From Promethearchaeota archaeon (GTDB lineage Archaea; Asgardarchaeota; Thorarchaeia; Thorarchaeales; Thorarchaeaceae), in contig WJMJ01000042.1 of the NCBI GenBank assembly GCA_014728035.1, forward strand, positions 1 to 54,649: a DNA stretch of 54,649 nucleotides, in the 5' to 3' direction. The position numbers were made by a program, and so were the translations under genes. The notes beneath the pieces were generated by a model. It was not told where the DNA came from. It was given only the letters and a program-made list of their open reading frames with translations, and ran no database searches. Numbering within the stretch: the stretch's first letter is position 1; each line of letters opens with the position of its first letter. This document shows, piece by piece, positions 1 through 8,564 of this stretch.

Positions 1-520
1 ACCCATCATACGAATACGATGGGTGAAATTGTACGATTTCAAGATGATCATCAATCCATGAAGCATCTCTAAACTTGGTGGATTTTTCAACTCCGTCAAT
101 GGTAGAAGCTAATCGCATCCCAATTATTTTGGCATACCAAGTTTTACTCGTCCCAGGAGGGCCAAAGAGAATGATTTGTTTTTTCTGTGTAACTAATTCA
201 AGCGATTTCTGAACAATATCAACTCTACCAGAATCTGATGTGCTTTTCAGTAGAAGCTCATCCGTTTTAGTTTCTTGTTTATGCAATCCCCATTCAACTA
301 ATGCATATGTAGATGTACTTATTCTAACGAAAATATCTTCATGTCTTCCCATTTCAGTTCGTAAGGTCGCTGCAGGTGTCTTTCTTTTTTCTTTGTCTGG
401 TGGTGGCAGATAGCCGTTTTCCCGAGCTCTTCGATATATATCCCTATACTTCAGGGGTGTGCCAGCCTCCTCAAGAACGCGTTTTGCCGCCTCTTTATTT
501 GTTAGATATTCTTTAGACAT
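1..520 (-). CDS. McrB-like AAA+ GTPase with N-terminal HARE-type winged HTH (5' part only; runs off the window)
   Basis: Not in the ORF track. Manual translation from ATG 520 (alternative ATG 532): MSKEYLTNKEAAKRVLEEAGTPLKYRDIYRRARENGYL...KTPAATLRTEM...FVRISTSTYALVEW (HARE-HTH-like), then QIILFGPPGTSKTWYA (Walker A) and EIVQFHPSYSY (McrB signature). Confidence 0.85.
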   Translation of the reverse strand, partial: MSKEYLTNKEAAKRVLEEAGTPLKYRDIYRRARENGYLPPPDKEKRKTPAATLRTEMGRHEDIFVRISTSTYALVEWGLHKQETKTDELLLKSTSDSGRVDIVQKSLELVTQKKQIILFGPPGTSKTWYAKIIGMRLASTIDGVEKSTKFRDASWIDDHLEIVQFHPSYSYDG

Positions 521-704
521 TCCCAATTCCATTTCCCTAATTCTTTGCCAAATGATTCTAGGATTGGTATTCTTTTCGAATTATTATAAATGATATTTGC
601 ATTCAGAAAATCCAGATAGATTCTACTGTAACTTTATCTGGATTCATGCAAAATATCCCACGTAAGTGAATCCGAAGATATCATACTAAATTGGTTGATT
701 TGAA

Positions 705-1652
705 ATGCAAGAGATCGCTGTATTGTTACGTGAAATATCAATAGGAGTACTGATAGCTGGACTGTTCTATACATTTGGCATGTATCTACTTGGGCAGTTA
801 TTCGCCGCATTTGGAGAACATGAAACCGACCACGATATGGATCATTCCACAGAAGTGGGTCACGACTATGACCATGAAGTCGGTCATGATATCGACCATG
901 AGTATGATATGGATCATGATTTAGACATATCACATGAATATGAAGTAGACCATGGTGTTGATGTGGGACATGAAGTTGAAGTTGACCATGACTTGGACAT
1001 GGACCATGATATCGAGTTAGACCATGTCCTTGATGTAGATCATGACGTTGGTTTAGACCATGATGTGGATATGGATCATGACTTAGATGCAGGTCATGAT
1101 TATGACATAGACCACGATAGTGATTACGACACTGACCATGGGCATGATATAGAACACGATGCGCATCTTGACATGACGGACCATGATGGATTCTTCGAAG
1201 CGGAGAGAGGGCCCCCACTAGGTGTGACTATCGGTTCTACACTCGTAAGCTTTGGTTTCATTGGTTCTGTAATATATTATGATGGAATTCTGGTGCCTAT
1301 ATTTGGCAAGGTTGGTATCCACATACTTGGTGTAATAGCAGTCGTCGGTTTCATTAGATATACGCTCTCAAAACTATTTGTTGAAAGAGGATTCTATATA
1401 GAAAATAGACATTTAGTTGGAAGAGAGGTCGAAGCAGTATCCACTATTAGTGACGACTTCGGAGAGATTCGAACAGAAACCGCAATGGGTCTGAGGCGTT
1501 TTAATGCAAGACCCTTTCAAAAAGGGGTTGTATTCGAAAAAGGAATGAAGTTGTACATTGTATCAGCTGATGAGAGATTCGTATATGTCGATCCCCGACC
1601 AGAATCAATACACTGGACTCAAGAACAGACCAGAAAAGAACCAGAAGAATAG
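705..1652 (+). CDS. NfeD-like (YqiJ/YuaF-type) membrane protein with a long His/Asp-rich loop
   Basis: N-terminal TM helix, ~125-aa His/Asp repeat, two more TM helices, C-terminal NfeD OB-fold-like segment (LVGREVEAVSTI..GEI..ARP..EKG..LYIV); SPFH gene nearby. Confidence 0.8.
   Translation: MQEIAVLLREISIGVLIAGLFYTFGMYLLGQLFAAFGEHETDHDMDHSTEVGHDYDHEVGHDIDHEYDMDHDLDISHEYEVDHGVDVGHEVEVDHDLDMDHDIELDHVLDVDHDVGLDHDVDMDHDLDAGHDYDIDHDSDYDTDHGHDIEHDAHLDMTDHDGFFEAERGPPLGVTIGSTLVSFGFIGSVIYYDGILVPIFGKVGIHILGVIAVVGFIRYTLSKLFVERGFYIENRHLVGREVEAVSTISDDFGEIRTETAMGLRRFNARPFQKGVVFEKGMKLYIVSADERFVYVDPRPESIHWTQEQTRKEPEE
816..1190 (+). repeat. Coding tandem repeat H-D/E-x-D/E-x-D (period 6 aa / 18 nt)
   Basis: 24 His in ~125 aa, 12 consecutive His-His spacings of exactly 6, recurring GACCATGA/GATCATGA at DNA level. 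Confidence 0.9.
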
Positions 1653-1785
1653 AAGAAAATTCCCCGTTATGTATATCAAGTTAATCCTCTAAGCAGCGTA
1701 GAAACGCGAGATTATATAGAAATCTTGTATGATTATAATTACTCCTCTTATTCGAGATGTGACTTAAACGCTGTTCTCCTCACGC

Positions 1786-1811
1786 GGGATGTCCCCTCTT
1801 TTGGACATCCC
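1786..1811. terminator. Perfect 9-bp hairpin in the intergenic region (terminator or protein-binding site)
   Basis: GGGATGTCC-cctctttt-GGACATCCC. Confidence 0.4.
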
Positions 1812-1996
1812 TACTTCATCCCTATAGAATAGAGAATATTTTGCTGTTGAAGTTGTACCAATTTCATGCGAAAATATTAGGTTAGAAAGCATGTAGTAAT
1901 AATTTCAGGTTAAAATATGTAAATCGTTAGTAGTATCCCAATCTATTTTATATTACCAATTGGACAGATTAAGGATACTTTAGGAAAGTAAATTTC

Positions 1997-4189
1997 ATGC
2001 CCGTAAATGTGTTACTCGTTGATGATGACCCAGATTTACTCACACTTGCTTCCGAGTTCCTCAAGAAAAAAGACCAGGAATTCAAAATCACTCTTGCAGT
2101 GTCAGCTGAAGAAGCTCTAGATATCATGAAAGAGAACGAGTTTGATGTCATAGTTTCAGACTATCAAATGCCTAAAATGAACGGAATAGAATTCCTCCGA
2201 AAGATTCGAGAAGGAGATCAAGAGATTGCATTCATCATATTTACCGGAAAATCTAGAGAAGAAGTTGCAATCCAAGCTCTTAATCTTGGAGCGGACCATT
2301 ACGTGAAGAAAGGGGGAGATCCGGTATCTCAATATACAGAATTAGCTCATATCATTCAGCAAGTTTCAGAGCATAGAGCAACAAAGACAGCTTTGCGGCA
2401 AAGAGAAACCGAACGGTCAGTAATCATCGACAGTATGGAGCAAATGGTTGCTTACTATAACAAGGATAGCTTGAAAGTGGAATGGGTAAATCATGCTGTT
2501 GAGAAAAATACAGGAATACCAGAGTCAGACGTTATTGGGAAATATTGCTATGAGATATGGCATGGAAAAGATGCGCCTTGTGTAAACTGTCCAGTGATTA
2601 GAGCGAATAAATCAAAAGAGGTAGAAACAGGAGAGCAAAGAACCCCAGATGGGAAGGTGTGGAGGTTGTCAGCTTACCCAATTCTTGATGATGAGAGAGA
2701 ATTACTTGGGATTGTTGAAGTTGGAACTGATATCACGGAATTAAGAGACAGCACACTGGAATTGGCAGAGAAACAAAAAGACTTGGAAGGAAAAGTTGAA
2801 GATCGAACCTCTGAGATTATTTCGCTCCATGAGCTTTACAGAACAATACTTGATGGTTTAGTCAGTGGAGTTTGGGTATCAGATAGCGATGATGTGATAC
2901 GATATTCAAATAGTGCAATGGGAAAAATCGCAGGAACAAGCGTATCTAACTTGGAAGGAAAAGAAGTGTTTCGCGATTTTCCAGTTGAAGCGACAAAAGA
3001 ATTTCTTGCGGTGTATAAAGAAGCAAAAGAAAACATGATACCTGTACGGTATTCAAATATAGAAGTTAGAACAATAGAAGGCCGGCAGAGTAAGCAATCT
3101 GGTTGGTGCATCCCCATAGTTAGAAATGACCAATATGACGGGATGATTGTAACTGTCGAAGATATAACTGCGCAGATTGAAACTCTAGAAGCCTTGCGAC
3201 AGAGTGAAGAAAATTATAGACTGATTGCTGATACCATTCCTGATGGAATTACTGTCATAGAAGATGGTAAATTCATATATGCTAATAAACGAGCATTTGA
3301 AATTTTTGGGTTCTCTGAAGAAGATTTTGTAAGCATTGATGGATTAGACATTGCTGCTCCGGAGGAACGAAAACGACTTAGAGAGATAATTAAACGAGCA
3401 ATTGAAGAAGATATTTATCCAACAGAAATCGAATATTGGATTCTCAGACCAGATGGTGTTAGACGTAGAATTAGAAACAGATATGCCTACAAAAAAAGAG
3501 AAGACGGAAAAGTTACAAGATTCACCATCACCACCGATATCACTCACCACTATATTACTGAAAGCATCATCAGACAAAATGAGGAGCTCAGTGATTTCGC
3601 ACATCACCTTGCTCATGATTTGCGGAACCATCTTCACAATCTCAAAGGGTATTTCGAGATTTTACCTGAAACCGAATACGATGAGAAAATCATGAATATT
3701 CTCTCTCAAATGAATATGTTACTTTCGCGATCTCTGGTATTAGCGGATGCTGGCAAAGTGATTGGAACAACCTCTTCAGTTAATTTGAAGGAAATCATAC
3801 AGGAAATAGCAGCTTCGATTGTTCCAGATTCGATAAGTGTGAATATTGATGACCTGCCAAATGTTGAGGGAGATAAGACTCGAATCCAACAAGTCGTGAC
3901 CAATCTAATTCAGAATGCAGTGGAACATGGTAGACCTGATAATATCATTGTTAGAAAAATCATTGCTGATAATCATGTTGTAATCTGTTTTGAAAATGAT
4001 GGAGAACTAATACCAGATGAGTTCTGTGAGAAGATTCTCAAAACCACATTCTCGTCGAAAGAATCTGGTGGTATCGGTCTATCTATCATCCATAAAATTG
4101 TTGCTGCCCATGGTTGGAGAATAACTCTTGACTGTTCTCCAAGAACCTCATTCAAGATTCATATTCCACTCCAACATGTTCACAATTAG
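1997..4189 (+). CDS. Hybrid sensor histidine kinase REC-PAS(x3)-HisKA-HATPase
   Basis: LLVDDD..IVSDYQMP receiver, PAS/PAC motifs, H-box FAHHLAHDLRN, N-box NLIQNAVEHG, G-box GGIGL. Confidence 0.92.
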   Translation: MPVNVLLVDDDPDLLTLASEFLKKKDQEFKITLAVSAEEALDIMKENEFDVIVSDYQMPKMNGIEFLRKIREGDQEIAFIIFTGKSREEVAIQALNLGADHYVKKGGDPVSQYTELAHIIQQVSEHRATKTALRQRETERSVIIDSMEQMVAYYNKDSLKVEWVNHAVEKNTGIPESDVIGKYCYEIWHGKDAPCVNCPVIRANKSKEVETGEQRTPDGKVWRLSAYPILDDERELLGIVEVGTDITELRDSTLELAEKQKDLEGKVEDRTSEIISLHELYRTILDGLVSGVWVSDSDDVIRYSNSAMGKIAGTSVSNLEGKEVFRDFPVEATKEFLAVYKEAKENMIPVRYSNIEVRTIEGRQSKQSGWCIPIVRNDQYDGMIVTVEDITAQIETLEALRQSEENYRLIADTIPDGITVIEDGKFIYANKRAFEIFGFSEEDFVSIDGLDIAAPEERKRLREIIKRAIEEDIYPTEIEYWILRPDGVRRRIRNRYAYKKREDGKVTRFTITTDITHHYITESIIRQNEELSDFAHHLAHDLRNHLHNLKGYFEILPETEYDEKIMNILSQMNMLLSRSLVLADAGKVIGTTSSVNLKEIIQEIAASIVPDSISVNIDDLPNVEGDKTRIQQVVTNLIQNAVEHGRPDNIIVRKIIADNHVVICFENDGELIPDEFCEKILKTTFSSKESGGIGLSIIHKIVAAHGWRITLDCSPRTSFKIHIPLQHVHN

Positions 4190-4248
4190 ATCTCTTGAAT
4201 CTGTAGCATCAACAAATGAATTTATTAGCAACCTTAAACCATACATAC

Positions 4249-4370
4249 TTGGGTAGTTGCATGGGCTAGTTTTTCGTTACATTTTTGGGGTTTTCCCCCA
4301 AAAAGACGAAATACCCTCAATTACGAAACTCCCCCCTCCTACCACGATTCCCATGCACTGCCCAACTTTT
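4249..4370. ncRNA. Candidate structured RNA or MITE-like element, family unknown
   Basis: Outer stem TTGGGTAGTTGCATGGG (4249-4265) / CCCATGCACTGCCCAA (4350-4365); inner stems TTCGT/ACGAA and TTTTTGGGG/CCCCAAAAA; followed by a T-tract. Confidence 0.4.
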
Positions 4371-4411
4371 TGTTAATCAGTTATTGAGATTAGAAATTTC
4401 TAGCGACCAAA

Positions 4412-4598
4412 TTTATATTCTTTCAAGACAAGAAAGCTACGAGTGCATCGGTGCCTTTGGACGCCAAGTTAAGGGGATGCATAGCAATGTGTTTTTTTTT
4501 TCATTGCTGGGTCATGAGGGTTTATACTCCCACATCTGACATAAAATACCCTAGCATCATGCATGATACACAATGAAAGTGTGTGAGTAGAAAAACTA
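4412..4598 (+). promoter_or_regulatory. TATA-like box and long structured leader with internal T10 tract upstream of the SPFH gene
   Basis: TTTATA 4412-4417; TGCATC/GATGCA; AGCAATG/CATTGCT enclosing T10; competing TGCTGGGT/ACCCTAGCA. Confidence 0.35.
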
Positions 4599-5939
4599 AT
4601 GCAAGCAGATTTATTTGATTGGTTTGGGCAAAATCTTGCAGTGGCTGTTGCTGCTCTGATAATTCTTGTTGTCTTCTTACTCATCCTGTTTTTCAAAAAG
4701 TACGTCCGTATTTTTGATCCTAACATCTTCTACGTTCATCTACGAGCAGGGAAGGCTATCAAGCAGGGAGAAGGAGGAATGGTTGTTCGAATTCCATTCT
4801 TGGATAGAATACTAGCGGTTGACAGAACCGTGCAGCAGCTAAACATCTCAGCAGAATCTGTTCTCTCACGAGAGAAGCAGAAGATCAAGCTCAGTGCAGT
4901 ATTACAATGGCAGGCTGAGAATGCAATAGCGACGATTAACAATGTGAAGTGGCAGGAAATTCCAGCTAGACTTACTGCAATCATCGAGTCAGTTATTCGA
5001 ACTGCCTGTGCTCAGCTAACAGTTGAAGAAATCCTTGAAGAGAGGCAAAAAATCATCGAAGCTATCAAGAAAGAACTCGTTGATATTGTCAGTGAATGGG
5101 GTCTCAAGATTGTTACCGTAGAGCTGGTTGATGTAGTGGTAGTTAATGAAGCATTTCTACGAGACATGTCTAAACCTCGAGAAGCTGAGATGCAAAGATT
5201 AGCTCAAATAGCTCTTATTGAAGCTGATAAAGCAACAGGATTGAAGGATATTGAACGTTCCAAAGTGATTCGGGAACAAGAGATTATCCGAGACAAAGAA
5301 CTTGGCGTGAGAGACCAAGAAAAACTTCGTGCAGTTCAGGAAGCAGAAAAACGGCGTGAGCAGAGCGTTGTTGAAATCGAATTGCAAAAAGACCTCATGT
5401 CTAGAAAATACGAAAAGCAACAAGCTGAAGTCGAAGCTTCAAAAGATCTTGAAGTTGCTAAGATGGCTGCCGAAGCTGAAAAGCAACGTAAGATCAAGCA
5501 AGAAGTTGAAGTGCAAGCTCAGAAGATTCTCCAAGAAGCAAAAGCTGAAGCGGAGAAGATTGAGATTGTCGCTGAGGCAGAAGCTGGCAAGATTCGAAAG
5601 GTTACTATGGCTGAAGCTGAAGGTATTAAGAAGACCCTTGAAGCGGCTAGAGACTACTCACCTCAAGCTTTCGCAAGAGACTTTCTCCAAATGCTACCTA
5701 AAATCTATGAACAGATAGACATTGGTGATATCACCCTATTCGGCGGTGGCGGAGCTAGTGGAGTCGAGGGAGATGAAGGTGGTGGAAGTGCAGGTGCATT
5801 CCAAGTTTTTGGTAACGTTCTATTGCCAATGATTATGATGGCTCGAATGATGGGCTTCGATTTTCAAGGGCTCATGGGTGAATCTCTGGGTGAACTCTCA
5901 ACTAAAGAAATCAAGCCAAAGAAGAAAAAGAAGCAATAG
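4599..5939 (+). CDS. SPFH/band-7 flotillin-like protein
   Basis: N-terminal TM, SPFH core (RIPFLDRI..IESVIRTAC..TVEEILEER..EWGLKIVTVEL), long AE/EA-rich coiled coil, polylysine C-tail. Confidence 0.9.
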   Translation: MQADLFDWFGQNLAVAVAALIILVVFLLILFFKKYVRIFDPNIFYVHLRAGKAIKQGEGGMVVRIPFLDRILAVDRTVQQLNISAESVLSREKQKIKLSAVLQWQAENAIATINNVKWQEIPARLTAIIESVIRTACAQLTVEEILEERQKIIEAIKKELVDIVSEWGLKIVTVELVDVVVVNEAFLRDMSKPREAEMQRLAQIALIEADKATGLKDIERSKVIREQEIIRDKELGVRDQEKLRAVQEAEKRREQSVVEIELQKDLMSRKYEKQQAEVEASKDLEVAKMAAEAEKQRKIKQEVEVQAQKILQEAKAEAEKIEIVAEAEAGKIRKVTMAEAEGIKKTLEAARDYSPQAFARDFLQMLPKIYEQIDIGDITLFGGGGASGVEGDEGGGSAGAFQVFGNVLLPMIMMARMMGFDFQGLMGESLGELSTKEIKPKKKKKQ

Positions 5940-5947
5940 ATGAGTGA

Positions 5948-5963
5948 GCCCACATAAGTGGGC
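5948..5963. terminator. Short hairpin between convergent genes
   Basis: GCCCAC-ataa-GTGGGC followed by a T-rich run. Confidence 0.35.
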
Positions 5964-5976
5964 CTTTCATCTTTAT

Positions 5977-6924
5977 TTACACTTTATCAATTATTTTTTC
6001 AAATCTCTTTATGTATTCAATCTCTTCTCCATGAGGAAACATTAGGATTATATCGGAGACCCCAATATCCTTGTATTCACGAAGACGTTCAGCAATTGAT
6101 TCTGGAGTTCCCCAAAGAGCAGAGGCTACTCTATCTCTATATTGATTCTCCTCAATACCTCGTTTGAGGGCGTTCTCTTTGATAGCCGAATCCATGTCTT
6201 TTTCAGAATCGAAAACTCTAGTCCATAGACCTATTGATCTTTTTACTTCTGAGGGGTTTCTACCACTAGTTTCTATCATTTCATCTAGTAGTTCAAATCG
6301 TTCTTGACAGAATGATGGCGAATATGCCCATGCTAAATTGATTCCATCACCGTATCTGGCAGTAAGTTCTAGCAATCTGTCACCTGCTTTCATACTTCCA
6401 ATCCATACTGATGGGTGGGGCTCTTGTATTGGTTTTGGATAAGAGATAAGGTCTCGAATTTGATAATGGTCACCTTCGTATGAAAATCTCTCACTGGTCC
6501 ATATTCCTTTGATGATCTGCACCGCTTCAGCTAATTGATCGATTCTCGTAGAATCGCTTGGAAATGGATATCCATATGCATTGTATTCTAATTCTTTCCA
6601 ACCAGCACCAATTCCAAATTCAAGTCGCCCGTTTGATAGAACATCTAAGGTGGCACCCATTTTTGCGTGAAGGGGAGGATGCCGATAGCTATTACAAAAA
6701 ACAAGACTTCCAACTCGGATATCTTGGTCTATCGTTACAAGTGCTGTCATGAGTAACCATGGATCTAGAAGCTCACGATCTGTTGCATCTTTATCTAACA
6801 TGAAGTGGTCTGAAAACCAAATTGTTGAAAATCCGCTTTCACGTCCAAATTTTGCTATATCCTTAACATCTTGAAAAGAAAAGCCAAATTGTGGTTCTAT
6901 TTGTATACCTAAATCCACTAACAA
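5977..6924 (-). CDS. LLM-class (luciferase-like) flavin/F420-dependent oxidoreductase
   Basis: GFSTIWFSDHF, DPWLLMTAL, YRHPPLHAKMGATLDVLSNGRLEFGIGAGW, PKPIQEPHP, GTPESIAERL. Confidence 0.92.
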   Translation of the reverse strand: MLVDLGIQIEPQFGFSFQDVKDIAKFGRESGFSTIWFSDHFMLDKDATDRELLDPWLLMTALVTIDQDIRVGSLVFCNSYRHPPLHAKMGATLDVLSNGRLEFGIGAGWKELEYNAYGYPFPSDSTRIDQLAEAVQIIKGIWTSERFSYEGDHYQIRDLISYPKPIQEPHPSVWIGSMKAGDRLLELTARYGDGINLAWAYSPSFCQERFELLDEMIETSGRNPSEVKRSIGLWTRVFDSEKDMDSAIKENALKRGIEENQYRDRVASALWGTPESIAERLREYKDIGVSDIILMFPHGEEIEYIKRFEKIIDKV

Positions 6925-7104
6925 ACCTCAGCTAGAATGTTTGTTAATCCTGCATAACCTTTTTGATTTCTGATGAATACTTCATTAATCACTAAATAAT
7001 TCTGCAAGAATGAATTAGTGCCTGAAATTCTATGCTATTGGTCAAATAGAACAAAGGTGTCCAAGGACTGTGAACACCTAGCAAGATAATAGAAAATCTA
7101 TGAT

Positions 7105-8286
7105 TCACATCGAGTACCGTTTCCTTCTACGAATAAGAACAATAGCTGATAGACCAACTACAATAACCATACCGAATAACCCAAAGAAAAATCCAATTTC
7201 AGCTGGAATGAGAATCTGTGAGTGAGTAGTATTTGTCATCGTAGTGGTTGTAGTTGTAGTAGAGGATGTTGTGGTGATGTCGTTTTCAATAGTAATATCA
7301 AATATATCACCATAATCAGTCGAAGCCACCAAACCTGTAGAATCAGAAACCAGACCATTTGCAATCTCTGCATTAAATGAAGTTATTGATTCTAACGAGT
7401 AATCATTAGTCCTTAGTTGATAGATTCTTGCATTCTGATAAGAAGTACCTGTTGAACGACCGGCACAAATGAAGATGCTATTTGCAAATATTTCTGGCTT
7501 AATAAGATAGGTATTAGGATCAACATTCAAAGATTTAGTCTGCCAATTTGCTCCAGTGGTATCAGTATAATGAACAACTGTAGCTCCAATAACAAACACT
7601 CTGGAATCCATGGTACAAATGGATCGTGTTGCATATGCACCAGATAGGTATGTATGAACTTGAGCCCATTCAATACCATCATTACTCCTAATTACATAAC
7701 CCTGATATTCACAAGCATATATCCATTCACCATAAACTGTTGCTGCGTGACCCAAGAAACCTTGATGAAATGAATATCCAGTTGTACTTACTTCGAACCA
7801 AGAGATACCATCTTCACTTCGAATTATCTTTGCAGGATTGTAACCAAAAGCATAAAAAACGCCATCAAAGTGAATTATAGTCTGAAAAGATTCACAATCT
7901 CCAGTATAAACATCCCAGAAATCAACACCGTTATCACTCCAGAAAAGCATGTCACCAGCACTTAAGACATAGATGTTCTCAGCATAAATGCCTGTTCCAT
8001 CAGCCGTTCCAGAAATTCCAGTAAGCGCCGTCCAGGATTCAAGATTGTTCGAACGCCATCTACCATCACTTCCTAACACGTAGTAATATCCATTAAGATA
8101 CTCCAAAGTCCATATCCCAGACGATGGTGATGTTTTCTCAACTACTTCTAAGTCAGTTAAACAGTTCTTGTCAGGAATGCGATTACTATTTGTTTGACTA
8201 TCGAAATCACAAATTGGAATATGATAAATCATACAGCACAATGTTACAACTAGAATACATGTAAATACATTTTTCAATTCTACCAC
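7105..8286 (-). CDS. Membrane-anchored surface protein with Asp-box/BNR beta-propeller and Thr-rich stalk
   Basis: N-terminal hydrophobic signal; repeats RSNNLESW, WSDNGVDFW, RSEDGISW, RSNDGIEW, TDTTGANW; TTTSSTTTTTTT linker; C-terminal TM plus RRRKR. Confidence 0.8.
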   Translation of the reverse strand: MVELKNVFTCILVVTLCCMIYHIPICDFDSQTNSNRIPDKNCLTDLEVVEKTSPSSGIWTLEYLNGYYYVLGSDGRWRSNNLESWTALTGISGTADGTGIYAENIYVLSAGDMLFWSDNGVDFWDVYTGDCESFQTIIHFDGVFYAFGYNPAKIIRSEDGISWFEVSTTGYSFHQGFLGHAATVYGEWIYACEYQGYVIRSNDGIEWAQVHTYLSGAYATRSICTMDSRVFVIGATVVHYTDTTGANWQTKSLNVDPNTYLIKPEIFANSIFICAGRSTGTSYQNARIYQLRTNDYSLESITSFNAEIANGLVSDSTGLVASTDYGDIFDITIENDITTTSSTTTTTTTMTNTTHSQILIPAEIGFFFGLFGMVIVVGLSAIVLIRRRKRYSM

Positions 8287-8503
8287 GATAATAGAGAAAT
8301 AGGAATTAATTAATAAACAAAATTTGCATTAATACTACTTCCAGATCAAATTATGGATTTCATCATCTAGAATAGTTCAAAATCAAAACACATTATATCA
8401 ATCAACCATCTGATGATTCATGATTTTCAGATGAGTATCATTGTAAAAGAACAATGAAATATTCTCAAAATGAATTGTCTACCATCCTAAAAGTTTCAAT
8501 ATG

Positions 8504-8562
8504 TAACAATATTTATTAGATAGCCCACATATTGTTAATTAACGATAATTAAATATCGTTAA
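8504..8562. promoter_or_regulatory. Operator array: two inverted repeats made of four TAACRATA half-sites in a divergent promoter
   Basis: TAACAATA 8504-8511 / TATTGTTA 8530-8537; TAACGATA 8540-8547 / TATCGTTA 8554-8561; overlaps AT-rich TATA-like boxes. Confidence 0.55.
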
Positions 8563-8564
8563 CA

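Noticed and set aside
1-24. Hairpin ACCCATC...GATGGGT at the very start of the window
   Set aside because: Lies in coding sequence at the sequence end and changes the expected YEDF to YDG; likely a fold-back end artefact
816-1190. 18-nt periodic DNA repeat as a CRISPR array or VNTR
   Set aside because: Repeats are degenerate at synonymous positions, in frame and lack unique spacers, so this is a protein-level repeat; no cas genes present
634-1218. 194-aa His-rich minus-strand ORF
   Set aside because: Antisense shadow of the CATGA-rich repeat in the NfeD gene; no independent coding signal
5329-5718. 129-aa alternative-frame Lys/Leu-rich ORF in the SPFH gene
   Set aside because: Frame shadow of the GAA/GCT-rich coiled coil; other short ORFs nested in long genes were rejected for the same reason
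8408-8460. CTGATGA...GAAA as a hammerhead ribozyme or C/D box
   Set aside because: No stem II closes between the motifs; CATCTGA simply pairs with TCAGATG
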